64,000 bases of DNA, from NCBI RefSeq assembly GCF_009914755.1, contig NC_060938.1; one strand, given 5' to 3'. The position numbers and the translations under genes are program-made. Source of the DNA: the human T2T-CHM13v2.0 reference genome, Homo sapiens. Below, one piece after another: positions 41,068 to 54,490 of the stretch (position 1 is the first letter of the stretch; each line of letters opens with the position of its first letter). The notes below the pieces were generated by a model. That model did no database searches and had not been told where the DNA came from. It was given only the letters and a program-made list of their open reading frames with translations.

Positions 41068-42837
41068 TCATCCAGCTACTGCCAGCTCCCCACCGAGGCC
41101 CACACTTTGGGGAAAACCCTTAGAAACTTCTTGTCATTGGTTAAAAAAATATTGACCCAGGATTGGCCACGTGGGCCACAGGTGGTTTCACAGCACACAC
41201 AGAACCAGAAGCTGGGGCTCAGAGAAGCAAAATAACTTGCCCAAGATCACACAGCTAAGGAGATCGGATTGAAATCCACCCCAGTTTATGTGCACAGACA
41301 GAAGGGGAGAAAAGAGATGTGGGGCAGGTGGATTTCTGAGGGCAGGAAATACCAGTGGGAAAGCCGAAGACAGCACAGTAGAGACTGCAAAAGCCCAGTG
41401 CTCTGTGGAGTCACTGCAGAAAGCACCGAACACATCCAAGGCTCAACCCATCAGGCACTCTTTCCTTTGGGGCTACTTCCAACAGGAAATTCCAAGTGTC
41501 CCTGTCAAGCAGGGGAAATGCCATCCTGGGTCCAAGGCAGCAGGGCAGCCTCCCTGCCCCGCCCAGCCCCACCTACATGAAGAACAAAGTGCACCAGGCA
41601 GGAATGTGCACTCAGGCCGTAGCCAGCCTCAGCCTGGCTCATTCTTATCTGTGGCTTGATTAAAACAAGCTTGGATTACACCACAATCTTTAAGCCCCAA
41701 GGCTGGGGGTGGTGTCACCAGGAATCTGTTCCAAGCGCACGTCATGCCCAGGCCACCGTTCTCCTTCCCCTCATTGGTGGCAGGCTGGCATCCTGCAGGA
41801 GGCCCTTCCCAGACCACAGCCCCACCCTTCCTCTCCTGCCGCCCACCTGAAGGCCCCAATACACATCTTCCTACAGTTCTGGCTTCAACTCTGTTCCTGA
41901 GACCTTTACTGCCCCAAGTCCACTACCCTGAGTTCTGGGCAAATGAAAAATCTTTTCCCCTTCACCAGATTTCTCAAATCCAACCATTCTGGAACCCGGC
42001 TTGTGGATGGCTAGGCTCTAGCCTCCCTCCTCTTCTGTCCCATCACCCTGGGAAGACAGAGCCAGAGGGTACTGAGGAATTCAGGTGGGAGGGGTTGGGG
42101 GGGAGGTGAGGAGGGGGTCCTAGGAGCAAATGGAGGGTCACAAACTGAAGCGCCCATGGGGCAAATGTAAACCATGAGGCTGATGGTGTGGGACAACAGA
42201 GAATGGTGGGGCCTAAGGGGCAACCAGCTTAAACACTGGCAACAAATTCAAAGGAAAGAATGTAAAATTCCTGTGTGGGCCAAACAGATTGCATGGAGGC
42301 CCAGGTATATCTGAGTCACCCACGTGTAATCTGGTCCAACCCCCCGGCAGAGATAGGAAAGCTGAAATCCAGACACAAGGAAGGGACCATGAATAAGTTT
42401 GTGCTGGCGATTACTGAGAAAGTCTAGCATAAAAATTAAACCGAAGCCTAGGCCGAACACTGGCATCCCTCTGCTTGGCTGTGAAGCTGGTGAGGATGCT
42501 GCACTCGGCCTGGCAGCAGATGGAAACTCTGGAACTCGAGGGCCACGGATGAGCCACAGGGCCCCCCAGGTAAAGGACTGACAGCCAGCCATGCAAGCCC
42601 CTGGGACTGACCCAGATGCAGAACTGACCAATGTGGCGACAACCATCACCCAACCCTGTGGGGCTGTAGATCTCAGAGGAGGTGGGACAGTGGCCCAGCG
42701 GACAGCAACACGGCAGAGAGGGAAGAAGGGTGTGGCCTCTGTCTATGGCCTGGCCAGAAGGGCCACCGCAAGCACCAAGGCTAGCAAAGGAGGAAGAGGA
42801 AGAAGCAAGAAAAACCCGACACCGTGACGGACTAGCG

Positions 42838-43058
42838 TGGGCCGCAAGTCAGGGTTGTGGTTCTTTAGGATATATCTTAACAGGGTAAGGGCCTTAAATG
42901 CCCTTTCCCCACCAACCTGACAGGGTTTAGCACCAGGACTCCTGGCCAGGGCAGGCCCCAGGGCTCTAGGATCTGTCAGATCAGGAAGAAAGGGGCATTT
43001 AAGGTCTCCCTCCTGTAAGATCTACCTTAAAGAACCAGATCCCTGACTTTGCAGCCCA
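42838..43058. repeat. Long imperfect inverted repeat (~100-bp arms)
   Basis: Paired blocks aagtcaggg/ccctgactt, tggttcttta/taaagaacca, ccttaaatgccc/gggcatttaagg and ctgacag/ctgtcag around central cctggccagg. Confidence 0.85.
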
Positions 43059-43512
43059 GTGCCATGCTGCTTTTGAGCCTGAAATGGAAGTCTGTGCCTT
43101 AGTTCCAAGTCACCAGGCACTGGTTCCTTGCCCTTGCAGGCACAGGGCATCAAGATCAAACCAAACCTCCAAGCCTCACCTCTCACAAATAAGCAGAGGC
43201 CAGTTACCCCTCTGGGCAAGACCTCAGGCCCCTGTCCCTGCCAGTCAGCAGCTCTGCCTCCCGCAGCGCTTGAGGGCTGGTCCATGCAGCCGGCCAGGAA
43301 ACCACAGAGGCCAGGTCAGAGTGGCCTTTTAATTCAACTCCCCTGGTGACCCTGAAGAGCACTGCCGCAGACTGAGAGGCTGGAAGTAGGCTATGCTGCC
43401 CCTGCCCCATAACAAAGACTCTACAGCAAATCACCAGGATGGGGGAAGATTAGCGCAAAGTGGGTGGAGAGTCTCCCTGAAACGTACTGACAGCACTTAA
43501 AAACCAATTAGA

Positions 43513-43669
43513 TGGCACGTGCCTGTAGTCCCAGCTACTCAGGAGGAGGAGGTGAGAGGAGGATCACTGGAGCCCAGGAGTTCAAGGCTGAAGTGCGCTA
43601 TGATTGCATCTGTGAAATAGCCACTGTACTCCAGCCTGGGCAACACAGCGAAACCCTATCTAAGAAAAT
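43513..43669 (+). mobile_element. FAM (fossil Alu monomer), 5'-truncated, with TSD
   Basis: Retains the 7SL-like gtgcgctatgattgcatctgtgaaatagccactg; TSD ccaattaga at 43504-43512 and 43670-43678. Confidence 0.85.
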
Positions 43670-45314
43670 CCAATTAGAGACCTTGGCTTACATGCAATCA
43701 GAGAACTAATTAACAAGGACCAGTAATTAAAATTAAGCTATACTCTCTAATTCAGACTTTTTTTTTTATTCTTTCAGAACTAATTTCAGGATCCAGTTTC
43801 TAGCCTGGACACAACCCAATCCACCCTGGGCCAGAACTGCCAGAATACCTTCCCTGAAACTGTCCTCTGCAACTACCTAAAAACCTTCAATCGCTCCCCA
43901 GTGCCCCCAAATGAGGACCCACGTTGCCTCCGACTTCCTTTCCACACTCACAGCTCACTGCCTCCCAAGCGGTCACTGCTCTGGCGGGACGGGTCCACCA
44001 GTGGTCTGTGAGCCGGGCCTCAAGCCCTCACCAGGCACACACAGAGTCCTTTTTGACCCCATCCCCACCCCACGCTCTTTTCTTCTGCAAACCTCCCAGT
44101 GTGGTCTGGGGCAGTCAAGCCGCACCCCTCCCTCCTGACTCTCAGGGCATCTTGACCTCATCGCCCAGGCTGACCACAAGCTCCAAACAGGACTTTCTTG
44201 TGGCCATTGCTCAGGTCCCAGGCATGCACAAACCCACTCACAGACACTTGGCTGAGAGAAATCTCAACCATTAGTGCTACTCCCATTTTCTATTCTGAGG
44301 AGGTAGAAACTGAGGCTCAGAGAAACAGCGCTAGCCCGGGGCCCCACGGTGGGGACAGCAGGGTCTGCACAGGGTTGGCCTGGCTCAAGCTTCCTTTCCC
44401 ACATGGCCCCATGTGCTCCAGATAAAGGCAACTATGAACCATGTTCCTGTCATAAAGGAGATAAGACATACACACAGGATATGGTGATTGGGCAGGACGC
44501 AATTTAGTGCTCAGACTTTCCTAAGTGCTCTGGGCTTCAAGACCTTCAGAAAAAGGCTAGGTAAGCAGGGATGGCCCAGCAGCCGGGGGCGGGGGGGCGC
44601 GGCGGGGGGAACACAAGCAAACAGAAACATCTCCAAATGAGTGGTCAACTGGAAAGCACAGGGCAGAAACAGGAGACTGGTGTTTTTCCATTTCTTTCGG
44701 ACTGCACACTCCCACAGCCTTCTCCCACAGCAGATGAAAAACTAGTGAATGAATAAAAGCAGCAAACGATGGTTCATTACCATCAAAGCTCGGTCACTAG
44801 CTAGCCCACCCAGGCTGCGAACCCCCATCAGAAGCTCTGCTCGGTGGAACTCCCACAAGGCCGCACATGCAGCCCAGCACCTAGGCTATCTGAGGCCCAT
44901 GCTCCAGCCCAGAGCAGGCGGCTGGTAGGGAAATCACAAGGGCCTCCCTGCTTTGGGTCTCCCTTCCCTCTCCATTCACCTCCAACTAAACTAAGCGCCC
45001 CCTCCTGCAGAGTTAAAGAATGGAAGTCAGGAAAGAGGGGACCGAACTGGGAGAGAAGAATCAGACCAATGGACCACTCCGGACTGGAAAGCTGGGGCCC
45101 TCAGGCCAAGCCGGGCTGCTGGTGAACCATTACCACCACTGCCTTTGCCAAGTTTCCATCTGTGGACTGCCCTCAACTTAGTTCCCTTGAAGAACCTTCC
45201 TCCCCGACGTTTAAGCCACGTAACTCCAGGGGGTTGACCCACACTCACTTTGGGGTGGGCAAGTGATACAGTCCTGGCCAGCTAGAGTATCATGTCATCC
45301 AGCCCAAGGACAGG

Positions 45315-45760
45315 TGTCATGGGTTGAACTTTGTCCCCCAACAAGATAAGCTGAAGTCCTAACCTCTGGTACCTATGAACATGATCTTACTTGAAAACAG
45401 GGTCTTTGCAGATATAATCAAATTAAGATGAGGTCATCAGGGTTGGCCCTGATTCAATATGACTAGTGTCCTTATAGGAAAAGGAGAAAGCCAGGTGAAG
45501 ACACAGACACCCAGGCAGGACGGCCAAGTGGGGATGGAGGCAGAGACTACAGCGATGCTCCCACAAGCCAAGGCGTGCCTGGGACTATGAGAAGCTGGCA
45601 GAGGCAAGGAAGGCTCCTCCCTTCGGGGCTTCAGACGGAGCAGTGCCCTGCTGACATCCTGAGTCCAACTCCTAGCCTCCAGAACTGAGAGTGAATTTCT
45701 GTTCTCCTAAGCCACGCAGTTTGCAGTGACCTGTTATGGCATTCCTAGCAGGCAAATATG
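45315..45760 (+). mobile_element. MLT1B/C-like MaLR solo LTR
   Basis: tgtcatgggttgaactttgtcccc...gaagtcctaacc...gtctttgcagatataatcaaattaagatgaggtcat...aatttctgttctcctaagccac. Confidence 0.88.
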
Positions 45761-46289
45761 ATATGTATGTGACCCAAGCCAGGCCAACCAGAGCCAGCCA
45801 GCACCAGCCAGCCCGACATCTGCTTCCTGCAGGGCTGTTAAGCCAAGGGGATGAAGCTGCAGGCAACCAGTTTCACATGACTTGGCACAAGCCCACCCAA
45901 AATGACTTTCACAAGGAGCATGAAAAGTGAAGAAATATTTCTGATGACAATACATGTGAGTTCTTAATGGCCTGAAACCTGCCAGACCTATCTCTGGACC
46001 TTCTGAGACATTCAGGCCAATAAATTCTATTTATTGACATTTCCTTAAGATTTTTCTTTCATATTGACAGCTGCTACTTACAACCTGAAGAGGCTTTACA
46101 TTTTCTCATAACATGGTGAACATGGTATGATTTGTTTTCTGACATAACATGTCCAAATGAACAGGGTGCCCAACGGTCATCCTTTTGGGCACCTACATTT
46201 CTGACATCGATGGTAGTAACACTCAAAGCACTGGCATCCTTCTCTTTGGCAAGCGCCTTCGGCCTTCAAAGCTTTGTTTCAATGATGGC

Positions 46290-47100
<811 letters not shown>

Positions 47101-49265
47101 TGAGAAGTGAAGATCTGCTGAGAAGGAAACTTTGCAGATATTAATGATACTAAAGAATAACAGATTCCATTTGCCCTTTAAAAGCCCTACAAAACCCCTT
47201 CTGTGGCTTCTAGGTAGACCTGGGGGGAAAGTCAGCAATACACAAGAATCCTGTGTGGAAGGCCTCCTGCATGCAGGGCTCTGTGCTAAGTACCAAGGTG
47301 AGTGCCTGCGAGGAGCCCACAGGTAAACACAGTCGGCTCAGAGGAGGTGAGGGGACAGAGGGGAAGCCAGGAATGCTTCTGCCAGCAAGTGACATCTGGC
47401 TGGAGTAGGTCGGACCAGCAAGTGCAGAGGCAGGGAGAGAGTGCGCAGGTGTTGCTGGTGTCTGAGTTGGGAATGGCAGGGGGTGAGGCTGCCTGGCTGG
47501 CAGGACCAAACTGGGAAGGGCCTCATAAACCATTCTCCAGGGCTTAGACTTTAACCTAAAGACAATGAAAGGCCAGGAAAGGTTAGATCAGTGGAGTGAC
47601 TCAGATATTCTCGATGAAAGATCATTCTGCCAGGTGGGGGCTGGACTGAGGGTGGGAGAGCCCAGAGCTGGGGATGCCAGCCAGAGGCTTGGCAATAATG
47701 GGTAAGGGGGACTGGGAGACTGACCGGGGTCACAGAACAGAAGGACGGGGGTGGGGGGTGGGTAAGGAAATATCCAGAGGGAAAAATCAACAGAACCTGG
47801 AAACAGAAAAGATGTGGATGTGGAGGGACAGAGGCACCGGGCTGGCAGCTGGGGTGGGAGATGGGGGGAGACCTTCATGACCATCTAAGAAAACACAGCA
47901 CAAGCAGATTTGGAAGGGACAGAGGGAGTCAAGTTACAAACACGGTCCCTCCAGGCAGAGGCACTTGGCAAAGGTTCTAGGCCTGCCATGGGGGTGGGCG
48001 CCGACAATCCCTGCTGCTGGGAAGTGCAACTCCTGCTCAGCTTCCCTTTCGAGGAATGGCCTTCCCGGGGCAAAACAAAGGCCAGGGGGCAGCAGGCCGT
48101 AGGAAATACTCTCACTGCCTTAAATAGAAGCAAACCATCTGGCCAGTTGGAGAAAGTTTACACAAGGAGGACTGGGTTGCACTCGGTGCATTTTAAAGAA
48201 AGCCCGGCGGACACACGGGTTCTCCTGCTGGTGCTGCCAGCCTGGAAAATGACAGCTGAGACTCAAGCAGGCAGGATCGGCTGCCTCATCTCCAATTCCC
48301 GTGTGTGGGGTGAGAGGAGGTACTTCCACTCCCCTACCTGGCTGCAAGCCCCCGAATATGTCCTGTCTAGGGAGGCCCTGCTGCCACACAGCAAAAAATA
48401 AGTGATTCACTCTTGAGTTCCACGTGCTCCAAATGGTTCTCCAAGAGCCCCCAAGTGTCAACTTCTGTCCTATCCAAGGCAAGAGAGAGGAGCAAGGGCT
48501 GATGGCGGGCACCCAGGGATCGCAGGTGGCCGAATACTGCAGCTGGCTTTTGAAGGCATCGATGCACACTTTGAGGGCCTGCCTTGGCTCCTGCACCCCA
48601 CCTCAGTTCGTGTTTCCTCCCTTTATTCTCTCCACCCAGAAAGGTGACAAATCCAAGCCCTGGATGTGAGGGGGGTCCACAAGAGTAATTCTGGAGAGAT
48701 GGGGTCAGGTGAGGAATGGTTAGAGACCCAGGGAGCCAAGTCACGGGACCTCAGTGACCCCATGGCTGACCTACCGAGACCTCCAGTCGCCAGCATCGGG
48801 TAGGCCCACACGTGTGGGGGAGGAAGTGAGTGTCACTGGCCCATCAGCAAGCAGAGCTGGCAGAGGTACCTGTGCAGGCGAGTCCAATGCCCAGCTCTTT
48901 AATAAACACGCCTTGCGGTGCTGGAAGAGACTCAAAGTCCATCCAAGACAGATTCTGTCTTCCCACTAAACTGGAAGCTCCTTAAGGACCGGGATGTGGC
49001 AGTTTTGCTCTCAGCTATGTGCCCAGTGCTCAGCACAGGGCCCGGCCTGCCTGGGCACTCAGAAGGACACCTGACGGACAAGGAACCAATCAAACGGTGA
49101 TGGCCACACTCCACCCCCAGGACCTGACAGCCAACAGTCATCACGCACCTGGCAGGCCCACAGCTCTCTGCACATACACATGCCTCAATTTCCCAGGCAT
49201 GGGGGAGCTGAATATCCCAGGATTCTGCCCCAGACACCATGGTTTTCAAACTCTCTCTGACCTCA

Positions 49266-49635
<370 letters not shown>

Positions 49636-50069
49636 AGCTGCTCAGGTGAAGGGAGTGGTGAGCAACTCATCCCCCTTGAAAAGCAGGTACCCCTTCAAGG
49701 AACCCCTAGGGGTGCCTCATAGCCAAGCGTGAAAGCCAATTCAATGAGACCGGAAACCACCCTGTGCCTCCAAATGTCTCAGCATGGGGAATGGAAGACA
49801 GCAGATTGGGCGGAAGCCCTTCCATTGTAACGCTAACTCACTCCCTAATCCCTGCCACTGTTATGGCTATGGGGTACTCACCTCTGCAGTTTTTGGCTAA
49901 GAAATGCCAAGAATAAGTACCTATTTCAAGAACAACTCTGTTGTGAGAAATTCCAGCACATTCCACTCTGAGGGCACCACCATCTTCACCCTTTTGTAGC
50001 TGGAGCTTGCACCAGGGGAGCGCCTTCATCTCTGCCTGGAGGGGCCACGTGGTGAAAGGGGAATAAGAC

Positions 50070-50300
50070 AGCAGAAAGCACAGAGATTTGGGTGGCAGAG
50101 TCCCCAGGCCAAATCCCAGCTCTGCCATTTAAAAGATCTGTGACCATGGGCAAGTTATTTAACCTTTCTCAACTTCAATTTCCATATCCAAAAGGTAGGA
50201 TAATTAATTGTCCCTGCAGCTTGTAGGACTGTCTTTGGGTTTATATGAGGGATTTTTTTCAAGTGCTTTATAAACCACTCCCAAATGTTAGCTCTATTTA
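50070..50300 (+). mobile_element. MIR
   Basis: aaatcccagctctgccattt...tgtgaccatgggcaagttatttaacctttct. Confidence 0.78.
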
Positions 50301-50922
50301 CACTGATTTTATTGCTGGGCTCCTAGGAGGCCAAAGGCAACAGACTTAGTTTCCACTAAAGGTCTTTTATTACAACAGACGCCAGGCATCTAGGGCGGCC
50401 TGTTGTCTGAAGAACAGCCTGATTCTCCCATAATCCCAAGCTCTCCAAGGTCTAAGTCTCGATACCAGGCCCTGGCTGACTCTCTGACCCAGGGAGGCCT
50501 GGTCTGGGTTGTTCTTACCCTGGGGGCCTTATTTGTCCTTCTGTGAGGGCCAAAGGAACCCCCAGTGGGGTAGGGGGACGGGAGATCCTTCAGTGGGGCC
50601 AGAGACGGCCTGAGAGTGACTCAGTGGGCTGGAAGTTCGCCCCCAAGCCTCACCGGCCTTCTGGCTCACTCTATATTCAATATAATACCTGCCCGCACCA
50701 CCACCCTCCCTCCAAACCCAGGTCCCCAAGGGGCTGGTGGTACAGGAAACAGCCCTACATCTCCCATCCCAGGGTTCAGTCCCTCACTCAGAACTGGGAA
50801 AGGGGCCGGGCACAATCTCCCAGATGCCCCAAAGACTTGGAAAGCGCTCTGGTGGCTTTCTGAGCAGGCACATCTGGCCCAACCACACCTTTCGTCACCA
50901 CTGTTTAAAACCAGTGGTTCTC

Positions 50923-51160
50923 CACATGGACACAGGAAGGGGAACATCACACACCAGGACCTATTGTGGGGTGGGGGGAGGGGGGAAGGGGGAGGGATAG
51001 CATTAGGAGATATACCTAATGTTAAATGACGAGTTAATGGGTGCAGCACACCAACATGGCACATGTATACATATGTAACAAACCTGCATGTTGTGCACAT
51101 GTACCCTAAAACTTAAAGTATAATAAAAAATAAAAATAAAATAAAAAATAATAATAAAAA
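50923..51160 (+). mobile_element. 5'-truncated primate L1PA 3' end with 16-bp TSD
   Basis: cacatggacacaggaaggggaacatcacac...tagcattaggagatatacctaatg...gtaccctaaaacttaaagtataataaa; TSD aaaaccagtggttctc at 50907-50922 and 51161-51176; TT/AAAA endonuclease site. Confidence 0.96.
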
Positions 51161-51165
51161 AAAAC

Positions 51166-51348
51166 CAGTGGTTCTCAGACAGAGGGGCTCACAAGCAGGG
51201 TCAACATCACCTGGATACCTGTTACAGATGTGGATTCTCAGCCCCCTCAGACCTACTGGTTCAGAGACCCTGGGAATGGGGCCAGCCACCTGTTTGAAGA
51301 TGTGCTCCCTGGGGGTTCCAGTGCACACTCAAGTTTGAGAACCATTAC
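51166..51348. mobile_element. MER5A hAT MITE
   Basis: TIRs cagtggttctca / tttgagaacca; internal catcacctgg...cagacctactggttcagagacc. Confidence 0.85.
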
Positions 51349-51504
51349 TTCAATCCAGTGGTTCCCCACCCGCCCCTCTCCCGGCTGCCTGTTGTCCTAG
51401 GGGCCTCATGACAGCCAGTGCTCAAGAGCTGCCCCAGAGATCTGGATATAATTGATGCCACCCCATCAGCACTTCTTTTTAGAAGTGCTTTAAAAAGAAC
51501 AGGC

Positions 51505-51820
51505 GGTGCAGAGGACTTTCACGGTAGTGAAGCTGCTCTGTATGGTATGGTAATGGTAGATGCAGGTCACTATGCATGTGTCCAAACCCACAGAATGTGC
51601 AACACCAAGAGTGAGCCCTATGCACACTGGGGACTTCAGGTGATCCTGATGCACCCAGGGAGGTTCACTGATTGTAGCAAATGTTCCAGGCTAGCGTGGG
51701 ATGTTGACAGTAAGGGGGGCTGCATGTGTGTCAGGGTAGGGCAGATACGGGAAGTCTCTGCACCTTCCTCTCAATTTTGCTGTGAACCCAAAACTGCTCT
51801 AAAATAGAGTCTATTAAAAA
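51505..51820 (+). mobile_element. L1MC-like 3' end
   Basis: gtccaaacccacagaatgtgcaacaccaagagtgagccct...caattttgctgtgaacccaaaactgctctaaaa. Confidence 0.85.
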
Positions 51821-52819
51821 TCAATCTCCCAGGTGACTGTGATTCCAGTAGTCTCTGGAGCCTGGGCTGATGTTTGGGAGGTAGACGGGACAGCCAGGCT
51901 TCAGAAACAGCAGGTAAAACTACCCAGTTGTGGAGTCATCTGGGAAGATTCTAGATGGAGGGAAGTCAGACTGAAGTAGGGAGAGATGGGGTGGGGGAAG
52001 GAAGCGAAGAGCAAAGGCTTAGAAGCACTTCCTGGCAGCCCACCCAGCACTTCATGCATCCAACCCTGACTGAACATCTTCTTTCCCCACATCCCCTCCA
52101 CCCTGTCAGTGGGTCAAGTGCTAGCCTGGGATTCACCCCACTTAGAGGTAGAGTCCCCACTTCTAGCAAGTGAACCGAGCCAGTCACCCACGTGTAGCTG
52201 CTTTGACGTCATCTGTAAACAGGGTACTGTGGGGCTGGACTAAGACACAGCCCAGTGCCTGGCACAGGGCAAACAAGTAATAAACGCAGGTTTTAATAAA
52301 CTGATTGACAGAAACTGGAGCCCATGTCTGCTGCATGGAAAACAGCATCCAGACAACGGGTGGTCTTATCTCCTGCCAGTACCACCTCTCTGGCTTGGAG
52401 GTTAGACTTAAAGCACAGGAGGGAACCCTGTTTCTCCATGCCCAGAAACAGACCCTATATTCCCAAAGACAAGCTAAAACCATTGGGAAAAAAACAAAAA
52501 ACCATTCAATCTGTAAATGCTCACTGTCTATTCTAACTAGACACTGGGCCAGGGGGTACAGAACATGTACTCCCTTGATTACAGAGAGGCTCCAGTCCAG
52601 TGAAGAGCAAGAAAGATGCCGCTGGGGCTACTGGCTTCTCACCAGGTGGTTCATCCTCGGAGCCTGCATCACTCCTGGCAAGGAGAGCTTCAGGAGGGGC
52701 GGTGGCCATGTCCTGATATGTACGGTGGCTTGAGAACCAATGTTCTAGAGAATCTAAGGGCATATATTACAGAAAACAGCACTCTCTCTGCCTCTCATGG
52801 CTTTTTTCCCCTTCTGTTT

Positions 52820-53370
52820 CTTTCTTTTATAAGCCTTTCACTGAAGTATAACATAAGAAAGGAAGGACATGCCATAAGTGAACAGCTTGAATATTTCACA
52901 AACTGGCACCCAAGAGGAAGACTGAGGAGAGGACAGTTGCAAGACACCAGCAGGCTCCTCACATTCCCACCCGGCACCTTGTCCCCAAAGGTGACCGCCA
53001 GCCTGCCTCCTGTCCCCAGAGAGTAGCTTGGCCTGGTCAAGATCTTCATGTAAATGGAATCAGACACTGAATACGCCTCTGCACCTGGCATCTTTGGCCA
53101 CGTTTCATGCCTATGGGACTCATCCATGGTTCATTCTCACTGCTGTATTCGATACAACTCCATGGCCAGATGATAACACAGGTCATGTACGTACCCATTC
53201 TACAGCCAATGGGCATGCGTGCTGTCTCCTCTTTGAGGCCATCAGGAATGCTGCTGCTGGGAACATTCATTCTACACGTGTCTTTTGGTGGACACAGCCC
53301 TCCTTTCTCTTGGGTACATGCCATGGAGGATTTGCAGGGCCAAAGGGTCAGCATCTCCTCAGCTTTAACC
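52820..53370 (-). mobile_element. Ancient L1M fragment
   Basis: catgtaaatggaatc...catccatg...ttcattctcactgctgtat...aatgctgctgctgggaacattcat. Confidence 0.7.
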
Positions 53371-54364
53371 AAGCCATGTTCCCAAATCCCACACCAGCCC
53401 TCAGCCCCTTACTCTCCTTCATTTTTCTCCCAGTCCCCCTCCCCCACCTCACTCGCCACCCACACTTCTTTCTGTTTTCAGTCTCTCAACCTAGACACAA
53501 GTGCTCCACGAAGGCAGAGGGATTTGGGGTTTGTTTACTGGGACTCTCCCGAGCCTCGGTGCTGCCTGGCCCAGAACAGATACTCAAGGGACATACAAAT
53601 GCCACCTGAACTTCTGCACTCACCTGCGCATGAGCTCGGGACTCCTCTCAGCTGTCCCCTCCCATGCCTCCCTCCCACAGCGCCTTTCCAAAGTCCAAGG
53701 ACCCATCCTTATCCGGTCCTAGCCCCAACTGCCAGTCAGGCCTCAGGTAGAAACTGAAGGTGCCCAGCGGTCCCTACCACTCCCCGGGCAGAGAGTACAG
53801 GCTCTTGGAAGAAGTCCAGACTCAAGTCTCAGCCTTGTGAAGCCAGCTGACTGGAGTGGCAATGACTCCACAGACCTTCCTGAGCGCTGGCTGGGGTCTG
53901 AGCACCCAGCAGACGGGAGGAGCAGCCGGGGCACCCAGTGAGGTCACGGCTAGGGAGGTGAATCAGGCAGCCTGATGAGGCTGGGGCAGGTGAGGTGTTT
54001 AGGCCACAGGAGAGCTCCAGTGAAACTGAACATCACCCGGTCTGGGGAAAGGAGGGAGGGCTTCACAGAGGAGGTGTCTCAAGAGTTGCCTCTTCCAAGA
54101 TGTCCAGAGTTCCCCAGATAGAGAAGGCTGGGGTGACTGTGTGAGTAGAGACTGGTGTGTGCAAAGCAGGAGAGTGGCCTGGGTGCAGCAGGGTTGAGAG
54201 GCAAAGCCCACTCCTGGCCAAGCAGAGGGAACTGTCGGGGAAGGAGTCAGAAAGATCACAGGGAGGACGGTGGCAAACACCAAGAACCGCCAGGCCAAGG
54301 CCTCTGGGGTCACCCAAGGGCAGTGTGGCATGTGAGGGCTTCTGCAGCTTACCCATGCTGAGAA

Positions 54365-54490
54365 GGTGCCTGAAAGCTTGGTGAACTGCAGACTGACTCA
54401 GCAGGTCTGGGGGCAAGGGAGTCTGCATTTTTCATGGGCGCCCCATCAGTGCAGCTGCCACTGGTTCCCAGACCACACTGGGAGCAGCAA
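54365..54490. mobile_element. MER5-like fragment
   Basis: gcaggtctgggggcaagggagtctgcattttt...gaccacactgggagcagca. Confidence 0.55.

Noticed and set aside
53028-53757. Overlapping 193-aa and 216-aa plus-strand ORFs
   Set aside because: They overlap a decayed L1M fragment, show no recognisable domain and have no supporting gene structure.
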